Source: Bryobacteraceae bacterium
Lineage (GTDB): Bacteria; Acidobacteriota; Terriglobia; Bryobacterales; Bryobacteraceae
Assembly: GCA_044226365.1 (NCBI GenBank)
Contig: JBGAHE010000005.1
Coordinates: 7,088-71,087, forward strand
Length of the DNA: 64,000 bases
Reading direction: 5' to 3'
The notes beneath the pieces were generated by a model. That model was not told the DNA's origin. It did no database searches and was given only the letters and a program-made list of their open reading frames with translations. Made by a program: the position numbers and the translations under genes. Shown here piece after piece: positions 18,471 to 27,809 of the stretch; position 1 is the first letter of the stretch; every line of letters starts with the position of its first letter.

Positions 18471-18498
18471 AAAAAGGCCGCCCGAAGGCGGCCTTTTT
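18471..18498 (-). terminator. Rho-independent (bidirectional-looking) terminator after skp
   Basis: AAAAAGGCCGCC-CGAA-GGCGGCCTTTTT: 7-bp GC stem (18476-18482 with 18487-18493), tetraloop, A/T runs on both sides. 24 nt after the skp stop. Confidence 0.8.
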
Positions 18499-18521
18499 GC
18501 CAAATCGCGAAGGCGGCGAAG

Positions 18522-19145
18522 TTACTTCGCGCCCGGGACCTTCTTGGCGGGAGGAGCAGCCGGAGCGGGCGTCGTGGCCGCGGGCTTGGCCGGAGCCGGA
18601 GCCAGCGTGGACGGCGCGTTGTTGTCATAGAGCTTGATGATGTCGGCGGTGATGTCGACACCGGTGGCCTGCCACAGGACGGGCGAGGTCTGCTGATTGC
18701 TGATGTCCAGGATCAGCGTGAAGCCGTTGTCGCGGGAGTACTTGTCGATGACCTGCATGATGCGGCCGCCGAGTTCGTTCAGGAGGCGATTCTGTTCCTG
18801 CTGGCTTTCGGCTTCGGCGTCCTCGGCCATGCGCTGGAGAGCCTTCTTGTTTTGCTCGATGTCCGTGGCGAGCTTGCGAAGGGTATCGGCGCTGGCCGTG
18901 TTGGCGCTCTTGCGCTGCTGGTCTTCGAGCTGGGCGATCTGGGCTTGCTTCGCTTCGAGTTCCTTGCGCTTGGGTTCGACCTTCGCCTGGAGGGTCTGAA
19001 CGGCCTTCTGGCCGTCCTTGGTTCCGATGATGGCCTGCTGAATGCTGATGGTGCCGATCTTGGCGGGCGGCGCCTGCGCGAACAGGGCACCGCTAAAGGT
19101 GAGGGCGCCGAGGCAGAGGGCGGCCGACATTACGTTCAATTTCAC
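18522..19145 (-). CDS. skp: OmpH/Skp-family periplasmic chaperone
   Basis: Signal peptide followed by a long Lys/Gln/Glu-rich coiled region (QAKVEPKRKELEAKQAQIAQLEDQ). Located immediately downstream of bamA. Has an Ala/Pro-rich C-terminal tail. Confidence 0.85.
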   Translation of the reverse strand: MKLNVMSAALCLGALTFSGALFAQAPPAKIGTISIQQAIIGTKDGQKAVQTLQAKVEPKRKELEAKQAQIAQLEDQQRKSANTASADTLRKLATDIEQNKKALQRMAEDAEAESQQEQNRLLNELGGRIMQVIDKYSRDNGFTLILDISNQQTSPVLWQATGVDITADIIKLYDNNAPSTLAPAPAKPAATTPAPAAPPAKKVPGAK

Positions 19146-19222
19146 TGTCAGAATCTCCTTGTCAATCTTACGACGAGATGGACGCAGCCGCCCCCAAATC
19201 GTTTCCCCGCTTTCCGGACTCC

Positions 19223-22198
19223 TTAGAACGTCCGGCTGATCGTAAATCGGAACGTCCGCGCCCGTTCAAAGAAGGGAGAGGCCTGTCCGAACAATGCCAC
19301 CGACTGCAGGAAGGTCTGCTGGTTGGGGAACATCGAACGGTCCGCCACGATAGGCGGCTGTAAGAACGTTTCCGTACGGAAGGGATTATATGCCCAATAG
19401 AACCGGAACGGCGCGTTGACCACCGGCATCATGATTTGCATTTCGAGCCCGGTCGACATACGCATCTTCTGCGTGGCTTCGGCGACCTTGATCTGTCGTT
19501 CGAAGCCCGCCTGCGGGAACAAGCCATTCAGTTCGCGCACGCGGCTGTCGTTCAGGTTCAACTGTCCACGGTTCGTGACGCGGTTCACACCGGTATCGAC
19601 GAACGCAGCTAATACCACGGGTCCGAAGATCGGGATGCGGTATTCGAGATTGCTCAGCGCCTGAGTATCGCCACCGATGAAGGTGAGCTGATAGGTGGGG
19701 ATGCGCTGGGTAACGTTCACCGTGACTTCGGCGCCGTCCTGGATGACCTTCTGAGTCCGGGCTGAACCGTCGGCATTCAGAACGTTCACAGTGCCTTCCG
19801 AAGGCAGATAAGCGAACGGGCTGACGCTCCAGATATCGAAGCCGCGGATGTCGTTTTCGCCGCCCATATAGAAGCGGGAGAAAGGCGGCGCCGCACGGCC
19901 ACCGTAGCCGGTGATGTAACGGCCCAGCAGACGCATACCGATGACATGGCCCTTCTTGAATCCGGCGCGGAAATACTTGAACTCGGCCGTGGGGGCGATT
20001 TCATTGACGTTGCCGCCCAGGAAGCTGCCCGCGAACTGAGCCGAGACAAACAGGCTCTTACCGCGCGAAGGCGTAATTGGGTGATCGATCGTGTTGAAGG
20101 TGTACGACGGCGTGATGGCGCTCGAGCGAATGCCCGACAGCGAGTTCGGGCCGTCGAGACCCTGGAAGTTGATGTACTTGAAGTAGGTCTCGGCGGATTC
20201 TGATTGCGTCCGGATGCTGTTCACGTTGAATGAATAGGTCATCGTGACGCGGGCGAAGCTGCGCTTGAGCAGGGTGCTGGCGAAGGTGGTGAAGCCGTAG
20301 CCGTTCGAGACGTAGTTGAGCAGGTTGTTGGTGCCGAGCGAGTTGAAGTACGGGATCAGGTTACGGCCGGAGAGCAGCGAAACTTCGCGGCCCTGATCGT
20401 AGTTGAAGCGCTGGGTCATCACGGTGAAGCCAACCTGAATCGGCTTGTCCATGAAGTAGGGCTCCGTAAAACCAAAGCTCACCGAACGGATGCGGTCACC
20501 GATCTGCGAGTCGAGAGAGAGCGTTTCACCCAAGCCGAGGAAGTTGTTGGTGGAGTAACCGAAGCTGACGAAGCTGCCGGCGATGCCGGACACGCCGCCC
20601 GAAAGCTGCACCGAGTTTTTGCCGCGTTCCTTCACCTTGAGGGTCACGTCGACGGTGTTGTTCTTGGTGTCGCGCGTGATCGTGGCCGCTTCCTGTTCTT
20701 TCAACACTTCGAAGTAGCCCAACTGATTCAGGCGAAGCAGCGAGATTTCCCAAAGGCGGGAGTTGAAGAGGTCGCCTTCGTCGATCAGGATTTCGCGGCG
20801 GATGACCTTGTCGCGGGTGGTGGTGTTGCCGGTGAAATCGAGACGGCGGACGAAGAACTGTTTGCCTTCGTCGACGCTGAGCGACAAGTCAATCTTGTCG
20901 GAATTGGGCAGGGGTTCAAAGCCGGGCTCCGGCACCATGTCGAGAAAGCCGAATTCGCCGTACAGCTTACGGAGTTGCTCGAGACCCTTCTGAAGTTTCT
21001 GGGTGGAGAAGACGTCGCCTTCGCCCATGCCAAAGATCGGTCGGAAGAGCGATTCCGGCGTGCGGAAGAACTTCACGCCGGAGAAGTTGATCTTATTAAG
21101 CTTATACTTGCGGCCCTCTTCCACCGTAACGGTGACGTCGGCAGCCTTACCCGGCTTGCCCTTGGGCCAGAAGATAAAGGGACGGACCTTGGCGGGGTAG
21201 GTGTCGCGCATCGTGTAGTCGGAGCCCGTGGCGCGCGCCGTGAAGTAGCCGCGCTCCTGGTAGAACTGCCGGATGCGGTCCTTGTCTTCCTCGAGCTTGC
21301 TCGAGTCGAAGGTCTTGGCGAAGAGGCTTTCGGCGATCAGCGAGTGGGGAATGCCGATGGGCTTCAGGTTCTTCATCGCGCGACGAACGACTTTGTCGCT
21401 AAAGACCTGATTGCCTTCAATGTTGAGATTGCCGACCTTGACCTTGGGACCTTCGGTGACCTTGAAGGTAACTTCGAGAGACGACGGCGGGATCTGGCGG
21501 ACTTCCGGCGTGACCGTGGCGAACTGGCGACCGCGCTCAGCCAGGTATTCCTTGAGGACGTTGGCGGCGCGCTGAACCTTGTTCGGATCGTACTGCGATT
21601 CCACCTGGAGGCCGACGCGACGCTCTTTGAAGCGATCAAGGATTTCCGAGACGGTGACCGACTTGGCGCCATCGTACTTAATGGAGCGGACCACGCGGCG
21701 TTCGGTGACGAGCCAGCGCAGGATCCAGCCCGTGGTGCCAGCTTCGCGTTCGAGACGAAGATCGTCGAAGCGGGCCGTATTCCAGAGCGCCATGAAATCG
21801 CGGTTCAAGGTCTCAGGGTCGTACTTGTCACCCTTTTTGGTGAAGATCAGCGCGCGAAGGGTGTCTTGAGGGACGCGACGGGCGCCGCGAAACTCGATCG
21901 CCTCGATGACATCCTCTGCGGGTGCCTTCGGCGCATCTGCGGGGGCCGGGGTTTCAAGAACGGGTCGCTGGATGGGGGGCTGACCGGGCTTCGCCGCAGG
22001 GGGCGTTTCCGGCTTCGGGGGTTCAGCTTGAGGCACGGACTCAAAAGGGTTCTGCTTCTTCTGCGGAGGGGGGGTCTGCTGACCGGCAGCCTGTTGCGCG
22101 AGCAACGGGCTGGTGCCTCCATGGAGAACGAAATAAAGCCCAAATGCAATCAGATAAGAGAAAAGTGCGCTCAGGCAAGACTGCCTGGAGAACTGCAT
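19223..22198 (-). CDS. bamA: Outer membrane protein assembly factor BamA
   Basis: 991 aa. POTRA repeats (IEFRGARRVPQDTL, NIEGNQVFSD, INFSGVKFF, LDFTGNTTTRDKVIRRE) and a C-terminal beta-barrel ending in F. Followed by skp. Confidence 0.93.
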   Translation of the reverse strand: MQFSRQSCLSALFSYLIAFGLYFVLHGGTSPLLAQQAAGQQTPPPQKKQNPFESVPQAEPPKPETPPAAKPGQPPIQRPVLETPAPADAPKAPAEDVIEAIEFRGARRVPQDTLRALIFTKKGDKYDPETLNRDFMALWNTARFDDLRLEREAGTTGWILRWLVTERRVVRSIKYDGAKSVTVSEILDRFKERRVGLQVESQYDPNKVQRAANVLKEYLAERGRQFATVTPEVRQIPPSSLEVTFKVTEGPKVKVGNLNIEGNQVFSDKVVRRAMKNLKPIGIPHSLIAESLFAKTFDSSKLEEDKDRIRQFYQERGYFTARATGSDYTMRDTYPAKVRPFIFWPKGKPGKAADVTVTVEEGRKYKLNKINFSGVKFFRTPESLFRPIFGMGEGDVFSTQKLQKGLEQLRKLYGEFGFLDMVPEPGFEPLPNSDKIDLSLSVDEGKQFFVRRLDFTGNTTTRDKVIRREILIDEGDLFNSRLWEISLLRLNQLGYFEVLKEQEAATITRDTKNNTVDVTLKVKERGKNSVQLSGGVSGIAGSFVSFGYSTNNFLGLGETLSLDSQIGDRIRSVSFGFTEPYFMDKPIQVGFTVMTQRFNYDQGREVSLLSGRNLIPYFNSLGTNNLLNYVSNGYGFTTFASTLLKRSFARVTMTYSFNVNSIRTQSESAETYFKYINFQGLDGPNSLSGIRSSAITPSYTFNTIDHPITPSRGKSLFVSAQFAGSFLGGNVNEIAPTAEFKYFRAGFKKGHVIGMRLLGRYITGYGGRAAPPFSRFYMGGENDIRGFDIWSVSPFAYLPSEGTVNVLNADGSARTQKVIQDGAEVTVNVTQRIPTYQLTFIGGDTQALSNLEYRIPIFGPVVLAAFVDTGVNRVTNRGQLNLNDSRVRELNGLFPQAGFERQIKVAEATQKMRMSTGLEMQIMMPVVNAPFRFYWAYNPFRTETFLQPPIVADRSMFPNQQTFLQSVALFGQASPFFERARTFRFTISRTF

Positions 22199-22331
22199 CA
22201 GTAGCTCGGTCCTTTCCTCTCTGCGCCCAACTTAAGACGTCCCAGATCCAAAATTCGTTTCATTCAATTTGGTGATTATGCCCGGCAGCGGAGACGCACG
22301 GGTTCCATGAACGAGACTATTACCTTAACCC

Positions 22332-22949
22332 TCAGTGTACCAAGAAGTGGCGTTCGAGCGAGCGCAGACGCGAGGGAATTAGGCCAAGAGCCACGCCGAA
22401 CAGCACGTAGCCCACCAAGATGAACGTTTGTGTCGAGTAAACCGCCATCATGCCGTTGACCCGTTTCCAAAACCAAAGTGTGCCCAAGCTGTACAGAACC
22501 ACGCCATAAAGCATACCCATAAACGCGGTGGTAAAGGCAGGCCACGAAGAGGGGCGGAGCACACCATACAATGCGCCGACCATCCCCCCAATGGCGAAGT
22601 GCAAGGATAACCCCGCAAAGGTGCGCATGACGAAGTCCGGCCGGAGCATGCGTCCGCCGTAGAAGGTGGCCGCCAGAAGATTGGGGATGGTCCAGAAGGA
22701 TTGTCCCTGGATCCAGCAGCCAAGGGCGATCCAGAGAAGCATAATGGCGGAGGCGAGAATGCCGGCCTCGAGACCGGAGAGAGCTCGGAGGCCCCAACTG
22801 GCGGGCCGGGTGGCGGTGGTGGGGACGATGACGATCGGCTCGCGCGTACTAGGTGATTCAGGGCCGGGTGATTCTGGGCCGGGTGGTTCAAGGCCGGCTG
22901 GTTCAGGGCCGGGGCGGGGCGCCGGCAGAATCGATTCAAGGTCATCCAC
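22332..22949 (-). CDS. Hypothetical integral membrane protein with a Pro-rich repeat N-terminus
   Basis: 205 aa with four or five hydrophobic helices. This is the only one of three overlapping ORFs here with membrane-protein-like composition. No family recognised. Confidence 0.6.
   Translation of the reverse strand: MDDLESILPAPRPGPEPAGLEPPGPESPGPESPSTREPIVIVPTTATRPASWGLRALSGLEAGILASAIMLLWIALGCWIQGQSFWTIPNLLAATFYGGRMLRPDFVMRTFAGLSLHFAIGGMVGALYGVLRPSSWPAFTTAFMGMLYGVVLYSLGTLWFWKRVNGMMAVYSTQTFILVGYVLFGVALGLIPSRLRSLERHFLVH
22852..22911. repeat. Four tandem 15-bp repeats (coding, pentapeptide PGPES-like units)
   Basis: GGTGATTCAGGGCCG / GGTGATTCTGGGCCG / GGTGGTTCAAGGCCG / GCTGGTTCAGGGCCG. They encode PEPAGLEPPGPESPGPES in the 22332..22949 product. 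Confidence 0.85.
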
Positions 22950-23007
22950 GGAAAAACGCCTATACTAGCACAGTAGCTTAACAGCAATCCCCGGCCAAGG
23001 AGCCTCC

Positions 23008-24264
23008 TTGAAACGACGTGTGGTGGTCACCGGTATCGGTGCGGTGAGTCCGAACGGGATTGGACGGGAGGCATTTTGGTCCGCGACGCTGCGTGGCGAA
23101 AGCGGCATCCGCCCGATAGAGCGATTCGACGCTTCCGACTTGGCAGTCCGTGTGGCCGGTCAGGTGGAGGGGTTCGACGAGACGCAGTTTGTGAGCGCCA
23201 AGGACCGTCCGCATGTGTCGCGAGCGGCTCCGCTGGCGATCTGCGCCGCGGGCGAAGCGCTGGCCGACGCGGGGCTCGATACGCAGCGGATGAACCGGGA
23301 TGAACTGCGGTCCATCGGCCTGGTGACCGGCTCCGGGGGGGCGAGTTGGGAGTTCACCGAACGCCAGTACGAGCTCTATTACACAGGCCGGCCGAAGGAA
23401 TGCAGCGTTTACGTCGTCCCAACTTCGACCCCCGGCACCCTGGCCAGCGAAGTCTCCATGCGCTACGGCCTGCGCGGCTACAGCCACCTGCTCTCCAACG
23501 GCTGCACATCTTCTACCGATGCAATCGGTTATGCGTATCGCTCGATTGCTTACGGTACGCTCGACCGGATTGTCGCTGGCGGGGTGGACGCGCCGCTGGC
23601 GCCGCTGATCATGCGCGGCTTCATCATCATGCGCATTATGTCGAGCCGCTGGAATCATGAACCGGCGCGGGCCTCTCGGCCGTTCTCGAAGGACCGCGAC
23701 GGGTTCGTGATCGCCGAAGGCGCCTGGTACTTTGTCCTCGAAGAACGCGACCTGGCGCTCGCCCGTGGAGCCCGCATCTACGGGGAGTTGCGCGGCTACG
23801 GCTCCACTTGCGAGGCGTTCCACCGCGTGCGGCTCGAAGAGTGCGGAGAAGAGCCGGCGCGAGCCATGACGCTGGCGCTGCAGGAGGCCGCGCTGCCGCC
23901 GGAGGCCGTGGACTATGTCAGCTACCACGGCACCGGGACCGAGCTAAACGATCGCATCGAGACCCGCGCCATGCATCTGGCTTTTGGTGACCATGCGGCC
24001 AAACTGCCGGGCTCGGCACTGAAGAGCATCATCGGCCATCCGCAGGGCGCCTGCGGGGCGGCCGGCTTGGCGGCGACGCTGCTGGGAATGCGGGATGGAC
24101 AGATGCACGGCACCTCCAACCTGGAAGTTCCGGACCCGGAATGCGACCTCGACTATCTGGCCGAGGGCGCGCGCAAACTCGCCGTGGAGCATGCCGTGTG
24201 CAACTGCATTGCCTTTGGCAGCAAGAATTCGGCTCTCGTGGTGAGTCGCGCCGATTCGGCGTGA
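23008..24264 (+). CDS. Beta-ketoacyl-ACP synthase II-like condensing enzyme
   Basis: 418 aa. VVVTGIGAVSPNG, active-site Cys in SNGCTSS, His in SYHGTGTELND and IIGHPQGACG. C-H-H triad intact. No other fatty-acid or polyketide genes nearby. Confidence 0.85.
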   Translation: MKRRVVVTGIGAVSPNGIGREAFWSATLRGESGIRPIERFDASDLAVRVAGQVEGFDETQFVSAKDRPHVSRAAPLAICAAGEALADAGLDTQRMNRDELRSIGLVTGSGGASWEFTERQYELYYTGRPKECSVYVVPTSTPGTLASEVSMRYGLRGYSHLLSNGCTSSTDAIGYAYRSIAYGTLDRIVAGGVDAPLAPLIMRGFIIMRIMSSRWNHEPARASRPFSKDRDGFVIAEGAWYFVLEERDLALARGARIYGELRGYGSTCEAFHRVRLEECGEEPARAMTLALQEAALPPEAVDYVSYHGTGTELNDRIETRAMHLAFGDHAAKLPGSALKSIIGHPQGACGAAGLAATLLGMRDGQMHGTSNLEVPDPECDLDYLAEGARKLAVEHAVCNCIAFGSKNSALVVSRADSA

Positions 24265-24293
24265 CGTTCCGGCAGGTGGCGCGTCCAGGGTGA

Positions 24294-26687
24294 ATGCTTC
24301 ATTCCGCCCGGCAACTGCTGCGCAGCCCACGCTTCACCTGGCCCGCGTTCACCGGGCTGGCCTTAGGTCTCGCTGCTGCCACGATTATCTTCAGTGTCTA
24401 TCACGCGTTGCTGCTTGGCTCACTGGGCTTTGGCGACTTGCCCCGGCTGGTATCGCTTTGGCCCACTGATCCGCAGCATCGGCAACAGCACGTCGAAGTT
24501 TGCTTTGCCGATTGGATGGAATGGCGGAAGCGCGCGCCACTGCTGGAGGACGCCGCGCTCGCATCATCGGTGAACCTGGACTTTAGGCTGAACGGCGACG
24601 GTCCGCCGCAGCAGGTGGAATCAACCATTGTGACGGGGAACTTCTTTCGCCTACTGGGGGCGCAACCGGCGGCGGGACGCCTGCTCCGTGAGGAAGACGA
24701 TGTGCCCAAGGCGCCGAATCGCATCGTGATCAGCCATCGGCTGTGGCGCACTCGCTACGGCGCGCAACCCGGGATTGTCGGCACGCAGATCCGCAGCGGC
24801 GGACAGAGTTTCACCGTGGTGGGCGTGACCAGCGGCGAGTTCGACTTTCCGCGCGACGTCGACGTGTGGTTGCCGTTGCACGTCGGCTGGCCGACCGTGG
24901 ATCAGACGGACCGCTTACGCGTGTTCCGGGCAGTAGGCCTGATGAGGCCGGGCGTGAAAATTGGGCAGTTGCGGGCCCAGATGAGTGTGGTGGCCCGGCA
25001 AATGGCCGATGCTGCGCCGCCGGGCAGCGGCCAGTTCGGAATGCTGGTGACGCCGATGCTCGACGAGATCTATGGAAGCACGCGACTGGCAATCTGGATC
25101 ATCGGCGGCGCGGTGGCGCTGGTGCTGTTGATCAGTTGCGCGAACGCAGCCAACCTGATGATGGCGCGGTCGGCGGCGCGGTCCAGGGAACTGGCGGTGC
25201 GCACCGCTCTGGGGGCCGGGCGCGGCGAACTGATCCGCCTGCTGCTGGGGGAAGGGCTCGTACTCGCCATCGCGGCCGGCTTGGCGGGTCTGGTCTTGGC
25301 GAAGCTGGGCATCGGCTGGCTGCAGCGCTGGGCGCCTGCGGAAATTCCACGTCTCGAAACGATCGAACTGGCTTGGCCGGTGGTGCTGTTCGGCATGGGG
25401 TTGACATTGCTCACGGTGCTGCTCTTCGCGTGGGGGCCCGCCTGGATGGCCTCGCGGCAGGACCCGCAGGAAGCTTTGCAGCAAGCCGGAACACGTCTTT
25501 CCGCCGGTCGCCCGGCGGCCCGTCTCCGCGAACTACTGATTGTCGGCGAAGTGGCTTTGTCGATCGTGCTGCTGGTGAGCGCGGGCCTGCTGCTGCGCAC
25601 CTTCTCGGAGCTGGCGCGGCTCGATCCCGGGTTTGAACCGGCCAACGTCCTCACGTTTCGCGTGACGCTCGCGAAGCCGGATCAGGAGTCCCGCCGCGCG
25701 TTCTACGGGGCCATGCTCGAGAAACTGCGAGCGCTACCCGGGGTGCGATCCGCGGGCGCCATCCTGCTGCGGCCGCTGTCGGGGAGCGTGGGTTGGGACA
25801 CGGTGTACGCCCTGGATCGACAGACGCCGGAAGAGGTGGGCCGCAATCCGAACGGCAACTACGAAGCCGTCAGTCCCGAGTACTTCCGGACGATGGGCAT
25901 AACGCTGCGAGCCGGCCGCGACTTCACTGCGGCGGATCAGGCAACGGCGCCCGGTGTGGTGATCGTGAACGAGAGTACGGCACAACGGCATTGGCCTGGG
26001 ATGAACGCGGTGGGGCAACGTTTGCGGTTGGGTCGCGGGGCGAATCTGCCGTGGTTGACCGTGATCGGTGTAGTGAAGGATGTGCGGTACCGCGAGTGGG
26101 AAGCCGTGCGTCCGGATTTCTACGTGCCCTACACGCAGCGAGCCCAGCATCGCAGCGACTTCGTCGTGAAGACGCAGGGCGACCCGGCAGCGCTGGTGAG
26201 CGCGGTGCGCAACGTCGTGCACGAGCTCGACCCGAACCAGGCCATCAGCAACGTCACCACGATGGAGTCGCTGGTGGATCGCGCGTTGGCCCGCGCCCGC
26301 CTCAACGGCGCGGTACTCGCCACCCTGGCCGCGTGTGCGCTCCTGCTGGTGACGATTGGCCTCTATGGTCTGCTCTCCTACACGGTGATGCAGCGGCGCG
26401 GCGAGATCGGCATCCGGCTGGCGATTGGCGCGAGCCCTGCGCAGATGGTCCAGATGATCGCCAGTTTCGGCGCCCGCCTCACCGCGGTGGGCGCGGTAGT
26501 GGGTCTGCTAGCGGCCTGGATGTTGACTCGCCTGTACACGAGCCTGCTATTCGGCGTGAGTCCCCTCGATGCGCGCAGCTATGGAATGGCACTGGCAGGA
26601 TTATTCGCTGTCGCGCTCACCGCGTGCGCCATCCCAGCCCGGCAAGCCGCCAAGGTCGATCCGCTGCGGACGCTCCAAAGTCAGTAA
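24294..26687 (+). CDS. ADOP-type duplicated FtsX/MacB-like ABC permease (acidobacterial duplicated orphan permease family)
   Basis: 797 aa with two FtsX-like 4-TM modules, each preceded by a large periplasmic domain. N-terminus LLRSPRFTWPAFTGLALGLAAATIIFSV is typical of ADOP. No ATPase gene adjacent. Confidence 0.85.
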   Translation: MLHSARQLLRSPRFTWPAFTGLALGLAAATIIFSVYHALLLGSLGFGDLPRLVSLWPTDPQHRQQHVEVCFADWMEWRKRAPLLEDAALASSVNLDFRLNGDGPPQQVESTIVTGNFFRLLGAQPAAGRLLREEDDVPKAPNRIVISHRLWRTRYGAQPGIVGTQIRSGGQSFTVVGVTSGEFDFPRDVDVWLPLHVGWPTVDQTDRLRVFRAVGLMRPGVKIGQLRAQMSVVARQMADAAPPGSGQFGMLVTPMLDEIYGSTRLAIWIIGGAVALVLLISCANAANLMMARSAARSRELAVRTALGAGRGELIRLLLGEGLVLAIAAGLAGLVLAKLGIGWLQRWAPAEIPRLETIELAWPVVLFGMGLTLLTVLLFAWGPAWMASRQDPQEALQQAGTRLSAGRPAARLRELLIVGEVALSIVLLVSAGLLLRTFSELARLDPGFEPANVLTFRVTLAKPDQESRRAFYGAMLEKLRALPGVRSAGAILLRPLSGSVGWDTVYALDRQTPEEVGRNPNGNYEAVSPEYFRTMGITLRAGRDFTAADQATAPGVVIVNESTAQRHWPGMNAVGQRLRLGRGANLPWLTVIGVVKDVRYREWEAVRPDFYVPYTQRAQHRSDFVVKTQGDPAALVSAVRNVVHELDPNQAISNVTTMESLVDRALARARLNGAVLATLAACALLLVTIGLYGLLSYTVMQRRGEIGIRLAIGASPAQMVQMIASFGARLTAVGAVVGLLAAWMLTRLYTSLLFGVSPLDARSYGMALAGLFAVALTACAIPARQAAKVDPLRTLQSQ

Positions 26688-27809
26688 CTAAGCGCGGCGC
26701 AACAGGCGATCGAGCGCTTCGCAGAAGAAGTAATCGCCCCACATGACGCTCTCGTTCACCCCGAGGCCTTTGTTCATGTGATAGACGCCGCCCTTCAGGA
26801 TGCCTTCCCAGCCACGCGACTTGTCGGCCAGGTACTCCGAACAAAGCGTTCGCATGATCTGGTTCGCCGTGGACCAATAGAGGTGACCCTTGACCGGATC
26901 CTGCATCATGCGCGACAGGCGTAGCATCCCGGCGGCGGCGATCGCAGCCGCGGACGTATCGACCTGCTTACGGCTTTCGGCCGGCGCCTGATAGTCCCAC
27001 GGGGGCACGCCGTCGTTCGGGGTGTGCGAAAGGAAGTAGTCGGTGCAGGCTTCCGCCGTTTCGAGGAAATGCGGATCAGCCGAATACTCGTAAGCGGTCG
27101 TAAAGCCGTAAAGAGCCCAGGTGAGGCCACGGGCCCAGCAGGAGTCGCTGCGGGAGCCTTGATGGGTCGCCTGGCGCAGGAACTCGCCGCTCTTGGTATC
27201 GAAGAGGCCTTCATGCGCCGTGGAACCATCGCCGCGCACCAGCGTGCGGCGCGTGGTGTAGCTGTGGCGCATGGCGATCTCACGGAGTTTCTTGTCGCCG
27301 GTTTCGCGCGCCGCGTAGAAGACAATCCCGACGTTCATCATGATGTCGATGAACAACGAGTCCTCACTGACGAAGGACCGCAGATACTGGCCTTTGTCGC
27401 GATAACGCGCGCCCATCGTCTGCCCCGCCGTGATCAACACCTGGCGAAGAGCATCGTCCTTGGTGAGTTGATACCAGCGATAGTAGGTCGACAGGAAAAT
27501 GAAGCCGAGGTCATGCACTTCTCGATCGAGCTTCCGCGGCTCGAGCGGCTTCGAATAACGAATGGCCTGTTCGCGCCAGAACTTCGCGTCTTTGTCCGAG
27601 CTTCGCTTTTCGAAAATCCACATCATGCCCGGCAGAAAGCCGTCGCACCAATGCGTCCACGCCGCGCCCTCATGCTTCCACTTCCCCTTCTTGGTGTACA
27701 TCGGATAGAAGTCCGGATACTTCTTCACCAGAGAGGTCACCTGCTTCTGAGCAAAGGTCAAGGCATTTTCAAAAAGGGCGCGGTCGGTTTCCTGTTGGAA
27801 AGAGATCAT
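26688..27809 (-). CDS. Glycoside hydrolase family 88-like unsaturated glucuronyl hydrolase
   Basis: YPDFYPMYTKKGKWKHEGAAWTHWCDGFLPGMMWIF, HDLGFIF and RGLTWALYGF are typical of the GH88 (alpha/alpha)6 family. Confidence 0.8.
   Translation of the reverse strand: MISFQQETDRALFENALTFAQKQVTSLVKKYPDFYPMYTKKGKWKHEGAAWTHWCDGFLPGMMWIFEKRSSDKDAKFWREQAIRYSKPLEPRKLDREVHDLGFIFLSTYYRWYQLTKDDALRQVLITAGQTMGARYRDKGQYLRSFVSEDSLFIDIMMNVGIVFYAARETGDKKLREIAMRHSYTTRRTLVRGDGSTAHEGLFDTKSGEFLRQATHQGSRSDSCWARGLTWALYGFTTAYEYSADPHFLETAEACTDYFLSHTPNDGVPPWDYQAPAESRKQVDTSAAAIAAAGMLRLSRMMQDPVKGHLYWSTANQIMRTLCSEYLADKSRGWEGILKGGVYHMNKGLGVNESVMWGDYFFCEALDRLLRRA

Noticed and set aside
20975-22204. 409-aa ORF on the + strand
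   Set aside because: Antisense to bamA. No domain features. A GC-driven open frame.
22852-22911. Possible CRISPR-like or non-coding repeat array
   Set aside because: The units are 15 bp, directly tandem without spacers, and in frame within a membrane-protein gene. This is a coding pentapeptide repeat, not a CRISPR array.
22978-23928. 316-aa ORF on the - strand, and 54605..55693 (+, 362 aa)
   Set aside because: Antisense to the KAS II-like gene and the GT2 gene respectively. No motifs, biased composition.
24743-26746. Alternative-frame ORFs inside the ADOP permease gene (24743..25636, 25793..26746)
   Set aside because: The in-frame 797-aa product shows the expected duplicated FtsX topology. 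The alternative frames are Arg/Gly/Ala-rich with no TM pattern.
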